Below are positions 44,918 to 54,106 of a stretch of 56,231 nt of DNA, piece after piece. Every line of letters starts with the position of its first letter. Position 1 is the stretch's first letter. The stretch is from positions 47,964 to 104,194 of the forward strand of contig JAHDYR010000055.1 in NCBI GenBank assembly GCA_019828565.1, read 5' to 3'. Made by a program: the position numbers and the translations under genes. Source of the DNA: Carpediemonas membranifera BICM (Eukaryota; Protista; Fornicata). Under the pieces are notes generated by a model, which searched no databases, was not told the DNA's origin, and saw nothing but the letters and a program-made list of their open reading frames with translations.

Positions 44918-47900
44918 TGTAGTGGTCACCTGACCCGTATATATTTAGGCCATATTTACCACTAGGGTTCGACCCTATTTAAACACTTCGCATTGATTGT
45001 TGTTGTTCTGTGCCCACCACAGTAATATTACTATCTAGATGAACGTAGAACAACTATCAACTTTCCTGGCACCCTATCTCACTAGTACGAAGCCTAAGGC
45101 ATGGTATTCATTCCGGGAAGCCTTCATTGCCCATTACGCACGAAACGCCGCTTCCAAGCCTCTGATCTTCGATTACGTCGCAGCGACGGTTTTGAAGATC
45201 ATGTTCCTCGAATGCCCGGACCTCGAAGACCTTATTACTCGTGCCCGTGAGGTCACACAGCAACCCCGCGCTGCGCCTAGGGACCCCCTTCTGTTCCTCG
45301 CGCCCCCTGAGTCTGACACTGATGACGACACCGAGTCTGACACTGATAGTTCGGTCTCCGACGAGTCCGAGCATCTACCCGTTCACACACCCGAGACCCC
45401 TAACAACTTCAACAAAAGATTTATCTCAATGGTGAACGACATCTTCGGACCCCTCGACCGTCAGGACGCGCTCGACCGATTTGACTCGATTACCTTTGAC
45501 ACCGCCAGCAAGAACGTTTATGAGTCCATGCTCTACTACACGTTAATCTACCAGCGGACACTCGAAAACTGCGCCTCTGTACCCCCGAAGCAGTCGAGCC
45601 TCGTAGCCAAATTCCTGAAGGGCATCCGCAATGATCGCTTACGTGAACGCTGTAAGACCTTTGAGGATAAGTCCTCCATCGCCAACACCATGCGCGCCGC
45701 TCTCTCCCAAGCCAAGAAGATGCAGCAAGCCGAGAAGGAATCCCACAAGTCGCGGAAGAAGGACGTAAATGATAGGTCCTACGCGCACGATTTCCTCGCT
45801 GCTACGGTTGAAGAGTACTTAGACGCAATGTCAGCCGAAACGCCCGAAGACGATCAAGCAGAACACCGCCCAGTCTTCAAAGTCAGACTGCACGGATCCT
45901 CCGTGCGCGCCCTCTACGACACAGGTGCCACCGCCAACTTCCTCCATGAGGCGAAAGCGAAGTCCCTGGGCCTCACCCCCATTCATGAGTGCCACAGGGT
46001 TCGCCTCATGTCAGGCCAACTAATCAACACCTCCCACGTGGCCTACGATACTGTCCTGTTCCCTTCTGTGACAGGTAGACCCCTCTCTGTACGCACAAAG
46101 TTTATCCTCATCTCACTCGACCATTACGATGCGATCATCGGGTTCCCACTCCTGCGCAGCGCGGGACTGATCGAGATACCCTCGCCTGACCCGACTCCGT
46201 CAAACCAGAACGACGACGACGAGATGTTCGAAAACGAGGTCGAGAGAACAGCCCCAGAATATGTGCAGTTTGCAGAAGCCAGCCAAAGGATTGTTGAAAA
46301 GTTCCCAGGCCTATTCGGGGACATTTCCAGCCCGTCCAAGCTCCCAGCATTCTCCCTGAAGACCAAGAATGACCAGGTCATCAACTGCTTCCCATATCGT
46401 CACGGCAAGCAGGTGGAAGATGAGGTTAATCGCCAGGTTAAGGAGCTGCTTGCTCTGGACGTCATCGAGCCTTCGGACTCAGCCTTCAATAACCCCATCG
46501 TCATGGCAAAGAAGAGAGGCAACAAGCTTCGCCTCTGCCTCGACTTTAGACGGCTGAACCTTATCACCCAGGCCGAGGAGCATCCCCTACCCCTCATCGA
46601 CGACTTGATTGATCACCTACAAGGCCAACAGTTTTACGCCACGCTGGACCTATCCAAAGCGTTCCACCAGATCATAATCAACCAGGACTCGCGCAAGTAT
46701 ACCGCTTTTGTGGCTGGTGGGAAGAAATACCAGTATAAGCGGATGCCCTTTGGGCTTCGTAATGCTCCCATCCACTGCCAGAAAGCCATGGAACACATTC
46801 TGGGTCAATCCCTTTATACTCAGTGTCTCGCTTACATAGATGACATTGTCGTCTTTGGAGCGAACCGTGACGAGTTCCTGAAGAATCTGGAGGACGTGTT
46901 AGCTCGCATCCACACGGCCGGTCTGAAGCTTAATCCTTCCAAGACGGTCATTGGAGCGACTTCCATCGACTATTTGGGCTGGCGAGTAGACAAGGACGGT
47001 AAGCGGATCTCCCCCGACCGTCTGGAGGCCATCCATGATCTCAAGGAGCCGACTAGTCTGACGGACGCCCGAGCCTTGCTCGGGTTCGCGAACTACTTTC
47101 GAGCACTCATTGAGCGTTACGTCGATATGACTGAACCCATCACCGAGCTCACCCGAGCCGCCGAAAAGTTCGTTTGGGGCGACCGACAACATGACGCGTT
47201 TGAGCAGATTAAGCGAGAGCTTCTACTGCAGCGCACGCTGGTCCACCCCTGTCCCGACGAACATCTCCACATTTTTACGGACGCATCAGACTACGGCATT
47301 GGTGGCGTGCTGATGAACGCGGAGTTTAAGCCCATCGCGTTCTTCGCCAAGACGCTCACGCCCCAACAGCGCCGTTGGTCTACGATAGAGAAAGAGTGCT
47401 ACGCTCTGTACTTCGGTACTACCAAGTTCAGACGCTATCTCGCTGGACGAGACTTCACAGCTCATCTAGATCACCGTAACTTGGTCTACATGGACCGTTC
47501 CTTGAATTCCAAGGTGATTAGGTGGAGCCTCGCGCTGTCTGAGTACTCATTCGACATCGTACACGTTCCAGGTTCCGACAACTCTGTAGCGGACACCATG
47601 TCCCGCCTCGTTCACCTGGACGAGACCTCCGTCGAACCTTCCCCTCCACCCGAGGCGCATCGGGAATCCTTCCAAGAAGCACATGGCGGAGATGCTGGTC
47701 ACCTTGGCCGTGATGCCACCTGCAAACGCATCATAGCCGCCGACAAGGGCTGGCCTGGCATGCGCCGGGACGTTACTGCCTGGATAAGACAGTGCCCTGT
47801 TTGCCAGTTGACACGCCTCAAGCTTTCACCGTTTCCCCAAGCGACCCATCCCATGACCGGCAGCCGACCCTTCGAAGTAGTGGAGGCCGACACCATTGGT

Positions 47901-49403
47901 CCCCTCTCACTGCCCGGGCAACACCGCTACGCGGTTGTGATTATCGACACGTTTACTAGACTCACCCAAGCCTACCCCACGAAGAGCACGGACGCTGTAT
48001 CTGCACGTTCGGCTTTATCGACATGGATGAAACACTATGGCTCCCCGACATGTTTGATTACCGATGGTGGCTCACAGTACCATAACAGAACCATCAGAGA
48101 ATTTTGCCAAGACCACGGTATAAGACACGAGATCGGTACGCCTTATCATCCTGCGGGACAGGGTGCTGTTGAAAGAGCGAACAAAGAGGTGAAGAGACAC
48201 CTACGCGCCTGGATTCTCGAACATGACGACGACTGGGAGGACGCCTTACCACTAATCACGAATATAATCAACAACGCACCTCTAACCGCCTCCAACCTGT
48301 CGCCGTACGAAGTCCTATACGCCAGGGACGTCCACGAACCGACTAGACAACCTTCCCTCACCGTTGACCACTTCCGTACCACCCTAAGCTGTTTACAGAG
48401 CAGACAACGCGCTGTCGGTGGCCAAACTCCAGCGCAGAGCCATCCAGCGAGTCATCTCCTTGGATCCGCCGCCATGATCCAGCGCAAAACTGCCATAGGC
48501 ATCGGACCCCGGGGCCCGGTCCGGGTCATCTCCACCAATCCCGACCGCCCCAACACCTACGTCGTTCAAGACCTCACCACTGACCACCGCCTGACAGTAC
48601 ATGCCTCTGAGCTTTACCAGTTCGAGGGCAGCTACACTGACGCTGAGCTCAAACACTGGGCAGCCCGCAACGAAGGAGAGTACGTGGTTAGGAAGGTTGC
48701 TGACCATCGCCGACAAGCGGGCAACCTTCAGTTCCTCCTCTTGTGGGAGGGTTACGATGACGACGAAGGCACATGGACCGATTACAGCCGCGAAATCGAT
48801 GGATTAGCTGCCCTGGACGCATACATTAATGAGCATCCGAGATTGAAGCTTCCATCGCTCAGGAAGGGACGCCACGCCGGTAAATCCCCCTGAGACGTGT
48901 GAGTGTTGTTGATGAAGAAAGAAGATAAGAAGAGGAAAAGTGATTGCAATCACGAGGACAATGATAATGAACGCAAATGATCACCTAAGAGAGAGAGAGA
49001 GCGTGAACTCGCCGAAACGAACTAATGAGAAGCGATGAAACTGAAGAAGCGAGACAGAAGCGCGAAAGAGACAGAAATGGAGAAGAATGAAGTATAGAGC
49101 GTGAAGAAGATCATAGTTACGTACCAATCCGTCGTCACTGGCAACTTAGACGCAATGACTCATTTTGTGCCAAATCTGACAAAAAGGACCAAATTTCCGA
49201 AGATCGCAAAAGGAATTTAGATTAGGTCTGGGGACGACGAGATCTTTTATATTTGATCGATATCTTTCAATTTGATGACAATCCACAATGTTATGGTGGA
49301 AGTCATTGGGGGCAGTGTAGTGGTCACCTGACCCGTATATATTTAGGCCATATTTACCACTAGGGTTCGACCCTATTTAAACACTTCGCATTGATTGTTG
49401 TTG
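44918..49403 (+). mobile_element. Gypsy-3: chromovirus-like LTR retrotransposon with an intact ORF; 3' LTR interrupted by the LINE
   Basis: 5' LTR 44918-45021 (104 bp); 3' LTR 49316-49403 identical until TTGTTGTTG; PPT GGGGGCAG. Confidence 0.95.
45039..48893 (+). CDS. Gag-Pol polyprotein (1284 aa): Gag, PR, RT, RH, IN, chromodomain
   Basis: LYDTGA, YIDD, TDASD, GHLG..CPVC, ADT/TDGG/VERAN, YVVRKVADHR..FLLLWEGYDDDEGTW; no CCHC knuckle in Gag. Confidence 0.96.
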   Translation: MNVEQLSTFLAPYLTSTKPKAWYSFREAFIAHYARNAASKPLIFDYVAATVLKIMFLECPDLEDLITRAREVTQQPRAAPRDPLLFLAPPESDTDDDTESDTDSSVSDESEHLPVHTPETPNNFNKRFISMVNDIFGPLDRQDALDRFDSITFDTASKNVYESMLYYTLIYQRTLENCASVPPKQSSLVAKFLKGIRNDRLRERCKTFEDKSSIANTMRAALSQAKKMQQAEKESHKSRKKDVNDRSYAHDFLAATVEEYLDAMSAETPEDDQAEHRPVFKVRLHGSSVRALYDTGATANFLHEAKAKSLGLTPIHECHRVRLMSGQLINTSHVAYDTVLFPSVTGRPLSVRTKFILISLDHYDAIIGFPLLRSAGLIEIPSPDPTPSNQNDDDEMFENEVERTAPEYVQFAEASQRIVEKFPGLFGDISSPSKLPAFSLKTKNDQVINCFPYRHGKQVEDEVNRQVKELLALDVIEPSDSAFNNPIVMAKKRGNKLRLCLDFRRLNLITQAEEHPLPLIDDLIDHLQGQQFYATLDLSKAFHQIIINQDSRKYTAFVAGGKKYQYKRMPFGLRNAPIHCQKAMEHILGQSLYTQCLAYIDDIVVFGANRDEFLKNLEDVLARIHTAGLKLNPSKTVIGATSIDYLGWRVDKDGKRISPDRLEAIHDLKEPTSLTDARALLGFANYFRALIERYVDMTEPITELTRAAEKFVWGDRQHDAFEQIKRELLLQRTLVHPCPDEHLHIFTDASDYGIGGVLMNAEFKPIAFFAKTLTPQQRRWSTIEKECYALYFGTTKFRRYLAGRDFTAHLDHRNLVYMDRSLNSKVIRWSLALSEYSFDIVHVPGSDNSVADTMSRLVHLDETSVEPSPPPEAHRESFQEAHGGDAGHLGRDATCKRIIAADKGWPGMRRDVTAWIRQCPVCQLTRLKLSPFPQATHPMTGSRPFEVVEADTIGPLSLPGQHRYAVVIIDTFTRLTQAYPTKSTDAVSARSALSTWMKHYGSPTCLITDGGSQYHNRTIREFCQDHGIRHEIGTPYHPAGQGAVERANKEVKRHLRAWILEHDDDWEDALPLITNIINNAPLTASNLSPYEVLYARDVHEPTRQPSLTVDHFRTTLSCLQSRQRAVGGQTPAQSHPASHLLGSAAMIQRKTAIGIGPRGPVRVISTNPDRPNTYVVQDLTTDHRLTVHASELYQFEGSYTDAELKHWAARNEGEYVVRKVADHRRQAGNLQFLLLWEGYDDDEGTWTDYSREIDGLAALDAYINEHPRLKLPSLRKGRHAGKSP

Positions 49404-49995
49404 CAGTCCGCCATCGAATTCAGCTAAGTCGAAAGACTATGTTCGGGGATGGACAAAAGGCCAACGGCCTGTCCCAGTAAACTGGTACAGCGCCCCCATC
49501 AGCTCAGAAGGAGCGGCCTCAGCTTCCTGTCCGCCAAACTCAAAGGTGCATTCATGGATCCCCGCCGGGCGCGAGTGGGAGCTCCACGCCCAACACAGAG
49601 ACAATACAAGAGTACAATGAACAGAGATTTAACAGAGAAAGCAGGGAAACCCACAGAGAACACCGAGAAGCCGCGACCACTTTTGGTTTTTGGCATGTTC
49701 ACGGTGAAGGAGGAGTGATCAAGCAGAGGCACAGAGACCAAAGATAGCCCTCATGTAGGCACTACCTAGGGCGAAGTCAGTCCTAAAATCCAGAGACCAC
49801 CCAGCGAGAAAAATCAGCGTGCATTTTTGGACAGTGCGCCATTTCGCCGTAACGCAGTTTACGGCCGAACCAGAGAAAAAGAAGAAAACCGAGACCCCTA
49901 CACAGTTACAGGAGCCGCACAAGGCCACGCTGACCGATTTTTCAGGACGATGCATTCGCCAACCTTTTTTCATACGCACAAAAACGGCACAGTGA

Positions 49996-52545
49996 ATGCA
50001 GGTAGAAATATCAGAGAAAACCAGAGAATCTACGCAAAAACAGTGGAGTACCATCAGAGAACTACTAGACAGCTACCTGATCAAGGAAGGAAACGCCCGG
50101 ACCTTACTACTGCGCAGAAGTGACGACTTTTCCGAAAAGTCCTTCGGCGCAAGCTCCACAGCCCGCAAGGAAGTACTAACCAACGTCAGAAGGATCCTCA
50201 CAGCCTCAGGAGTGACCGACAACAGGGACACCATCCTCAGACATCCGAACGGCATCCACGGGCTTCGCGACCTCTTCATCATGGTAACAGAGGCCCTAGA
50301 CCCCAGAGAAGCAGAGATTCAGCGCATCGCCAGCTCTAACGAGCCCACATCAGTGAGACCAGGGCACAAGGACATGGCCAGATGGCCCAAGGAGCAGTCC
50401 ATCGAACAAGCAGTCCTGCAACCCAGAGGCCAGAACCCCATTCAGTGGGACAACGTCAGAGACAGCGTCGAAAACAGAGAGACTGGCATGTACTCGGTCA
50501 TCACAGGGACAGCAGAGGATGAAGCCCCCGAGTGCCTCAGCGGCGAGCAAGTGTGGGACCCGTCCAACAGAGGACCCATCACCAGAGTAGCCATAGAGCA
50601 AGAGGATGGCACCTTCAGAGTTCTACTGGACCTGGAAGACACGGAGGCATGGCCCATCACCAGGTACATGGAAGAGGCAAGAGACATCCTGAGACTGCAG
50701 GCACCAGAGGCACCAGTGGTGTGGCAAGCGGCATGGAATAGCTCAGGAGTAGACACCAGCGGCCGTAGCGGTATCCGGAAGCGAGGGGAAGAGACGCCGC
50801 TCAGTGGCAAGCCGCAGTTTGCAGTAGTCAGAGCCGAAATCATCGGAGCAGAGATCAGCCGTGACAAGAGAGCCGAACATGCCTCCCAGGAGGACAGGTC
50901 TGCTAGCACGGACATCGACAGCGACGTAGAGATGACGAGGCCGGACAGTATCTGTGGTAGCCAAGCCCCGGCAACCCCAGCGTCTCAGAGGATAAACAGA
51001 GTCAGTGCCAACAAGAGAACCACAAGAACCCCCAAGCGGCAGGTGCTGGGGGGCGAGGCATCAGGCAAGCGCACTCAGCTTCCTATAGACAGTGTGAACA
51101 GAGACAAGGAGGTGCCGCCGAGGATTAGCCTGGAAGACATCGTCCAAGAGCATATCAGAGATCAGCAGGAGGCCAGAAGGATGGCAGGCGAAGGGAGGAG
51201 CCAGCACGAGACCAGCAGCCTGCCCTTATCAGAGACCCAGCCGAACCAGAGACTTGTCCTAGCAGCCATTGACTTTGAGTGCAGCTACACGGGCAGCTCA
51301 AGACAAGGCACACCAGCGATCCCGGTCGAAGGAGGCATTGTCATGATAGATGTGGATAGCAGTGAAGTGGTCGGCCACGGCCACGGTATGTTCTACCAGG
51401 ACATGCCGCTCAACAGAGTCGAGCAGTCAAGGCACACATCATGGGCTGTCACAGGCCTACCACCAGCGACCTTCGTGGACATAGCGACAGGAAGACCCCC
51501 CAGAGACCTAGAGCAGCACGTCCACACCTTCCAGGCGTGGGGCGACCGTCTAGCGACGGAGCTCAAAGCGTATGAGAGAAGAGAAGGCTGCAGAGTCCAC
51601 CTGTTCGCCAAGGGAAAGTACATGGAGATGTTCCTCCTCACAGACGCAGCGAACGGCTTAGCCGCAGAGAGCAGAGACTACTTCGCACAGAGACTAGTGG
51701 ACGAAAACGAGCTGCCAACGCTGCTGGTCAGGGCTAGACCCGACCTCGAACAGAGATTCAGAGTCAATTACAACAACGCGCAGAGCATGGAGTGGCTAGA
51801 CCTGTGGACCAGCCGGTGGCAGTCACGGGAAGCACCCAAGAGAGTATGCCCCTACCACAGCCACACGGCGGGGTGCTATCACTGCGCACTGGCGGACAGC
51901 ACACTGTTCGCAATCAGAGTTCTAGCACTATTCAGAGGCACCAACGGCATCGGTGAGTTAGAGGACGCCCTCAGACTGCTGCAGCCAGCCATTGAGGAAG
52001 AGGTCAGAGCAGCCAGAGAAAGCAGTGACATCGTAGCAGGGCTGGGGTTCCAGCCGAGGCACACAGCGTTCCAGGAGTTTGGCCCCCACCCAGCGTTCAG
52101 AGAGATCAGAGACGGGCACCAGGGCAACAGGTTCCTCGTAGTGCCAGACAGAGAACACAGGTTCGGCATTGGCTTCGGATTTGCAGAGGTAGCGATGGGG
52201 ATGAAGGGCCTGCTCCTATCCCCTGACGCCTTCACTGACAGAGACAACAGAGTCACTAGGAACCCTATCTGGACACTGGAAGAGGAGCTAGACAACCCAG
52301 AGCAACTCAGAGCGGTCCAGGGCCGAGCCGGCCTTGGAGCGCACAACGAAGAGAACATGGTCACACTGTCGCAGCTCGTCAACTGGTGGCCCAGCAGAGA
52401 GCGCATCGCCCGGCAAGAGACCTGGGGATGCGAAGAGCTAGCAGAGGCACTCAGAGAGTTTGAAGGGCGCATAGCCAATGTCAAAGCCCCCCGAACGCCA
52501 GAGCCTCCATCAGAGTCGCATTCATCCCCAGAGACTGGGGACTGA
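49996..52545 (+). CDS. 849-aa ORF1-position protein with a Maelstrom/arenavirus-NP-like DEDDh exonuclease domain (about 51250-51930)
   Basis: AIDFEC (DxE), IPVEGG, AKGKYME, CPYH...HCALAD. Confidence 0.75.
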   Translation: MQVEISEKTRESTQKQWSTIRELLDSYLIKEGNARTLLLRRSDDFSEKSFGASSTARKEVLTNVRRILTASGVTDNRDTILRHPNGIHGLRDLFIMVTEALDPREAEIQRIASSNEPTSVRPGHKDMARWPKEQSIEQAVLQPRGQNPIQWDNVRDSVENRETGMYSVITGTAEDEAPECLSGEQVWDPSNRGPITRVAIEQEDGTFRVLLDLEDTEAWPITRYMEEARDILRLQAPEAPVVWQAAWNSSGVDTSGRSGIRKRGEETPLSGKPQFAVVRAEIIGAEISRDKRAEHASQEDRSASTDIDSDVEMTRPDSICGSQAPATPASQRINRVSANKRTTRTPKRQVLGGEASGKRTQLPIDSVNRDKEVPPRISLEDIVQEHIRDQQEARRMAGEGRSQHETSSLPLSETQPNQRLVLAAIDFECSYTGSSRQGTPAIPVEGGIVMIDVDSSEVVGHGHGMFYQDMPLNRVEQSRHTSWAVTGLPPATFVDIATGRPPRDLEQHVHTFQAWGDRLATELKAYERREGCRVHLFAKGKYMEMFLLTDAANGLAAESRDYFAQRLVDENELPTLLVRARPDLEQRFRVNYNNAQSMEWLDLWTSRWQSREAPKRVCPYHSHTAGCYHCALADSTLFAIRVLALFRGTNGIGELEDALRLLQPAIEEEVRAARESSDIVAGLGFQPRHTAFQEFGPHPAFREIRDGHQGNRFLVVPDREHRFGIGFGFAEVAMGMKGLLLSPDAFTDRDNRVTRNPIWTLEEELDNPEQLRAVQGRAGLGAHNEENMVTLSQLVNWWPSRERIARQETWGCEELAEALREFEGRIANVKAPRTPEPPSESHSSPETGD

Positions 52546-52580
52546 TCAGAACCAGAGACGCGGGGTCTATTCTGAAGCGC

Positions 52581-53547
52581 ATGCGCTGGGAAGGCCGACG
52601 CATGGTCACCACAGTGATCCCGGAAGAGGCCAGAGTCAGAATGGGGGGCATCCCACCCAGCGGATACAAACCCGACGTGGACGGCAAGGACGAGATGCCC
52701 TTCAGGGTCACGTACAGAGACACTCACCTCCAGACGGCAGTCGGCGAAGTCGAGCACCAAGTGGTAGGCAGGAACTTCAGAGACATCCTGGACCCTGCAA
52801 CCCGGGTGGACAGACGCCGCGAGGACGAGCGCCGTGACCACAGAGAGATCAGGCGCCCGGACATCAGAGATGAGAGACACCACGACAGAGAGGTGGGTCA
52901 CCAAGTTGACAGAGAGGCCAGACGGTCGGTCGACCAGGAAGTCAGGCGCCCTACTGGCAGAGAGATCGGACATCCCACCCACAGAGAAGCCATACACCTG
53001 GCCGACAGAGAGGCCAGACGTCCGGCTTGACTATGAGGTCAGACGCCCCATCGCCAGAGAAGCTGACCAACCCACCGAAAGAGACATCAGACACCCTGAC
53101 GACAGAGAGGCTGGGCGCCTCATCGACAGAGAAATCAGACGTCCTGAAATCTATGAACGCGACACGGAGCTCGAACGTCTGGAAGCCAGGGCCAACAGAG
53201 CAGAACAGGACGGTCTCCGGATCAGACCCGACTTCGAAGAGGCAGAGAGGCGCCAGCGGGAGAGAAACGAGTGGTTTAGAGAACATCTTGGAACAGCCAG
53301 AGACAACCGCAGAGGCAACCACTCCTCAGCAGCCGGCAAGCGAGGCAGCCAAGGCAGAGACGACCTATCCGAGTCAGGAAAGAGGAGCAGACACAGTGAC
53401 GACACCGCTGGGACGGTAAGAAGCAGACTACCGGACCAGCAGGACGCTCGAGAAACAGAGGCTCCTACTTCAACTGGCAGAGGCACAGCGAGAAATCTCA
53501 GCCCTCAAGGCCGCCCGGCAGAGACCCGCAGACCTGGCAGGCACTGA
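52581..53547 (+). CDS. R/D/E-rich low-complexity repeat protein (two frameshifted ORFs, 52581-53030 and 52834-53547)
   Basis: Repeated DRE(I/V/A)RRP units. Confidence 0.5.
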
Positions 53548-54106
53548 ACCCGACCCCCTTGTCAGACCACCGATTGAGATGGTCAAGAACAGAGACGCCG
53601 CGGTAGTGCCCCGTCGCAGGAACAAGAGCAGGAGAACCAGGACCACCAGACAGATGGACCCCATGGAGATGATGACACAGTTCATGTCCTTCATGGCCAA
53701 CATGCAAGGTGGTCAGGCCCGCGACCCTGAACCGTATGATGATGCCAGTGAAAGTGAGGTCTCGGAGGAGTAAGTGGATCAGAGATAAAGCAGTATTCTT
53801 TCAGAAACTAGTGTATCAGACTTTCTTTCTTTATATAACCCTGGCTCCCACCCAGGGCCTGGCATTAGCCCACGGGCACTGCCAGTAGGTTGCAGGCGGC
53901 AGCCAAAGGGGGGGTCACGCCACTGCGCCCCCTCCTAAGTATCCATGCCCGAGGGCGAATCGGTCACCAAGAAGCACGGAGGCTGGCCCGCCAAGGGTTA
54001 CCAAGACCGGCATCGAGGCCCCTTGACGGGACAGAGACACAGTGAACCCTTAGCCCCTGCAGAAATTCTCAGAATTCGCAGGATAAGGATCAGAGCATAG
54101 TACAAC

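Noticed and set aside
48894-49170. Antisense hydrophobic ORF in the Gypsy-3 3' region
   Set aside because: Only short frames in TC-rich low-complexity sequence; no similarity to the antisense genes of Gypsy-1/2
51879-52997. 372-aa minus-strand ORF and the many other short antisense ORFs
   Set aside because: Shadow frames of compositionally biased coding sequence; no motifs
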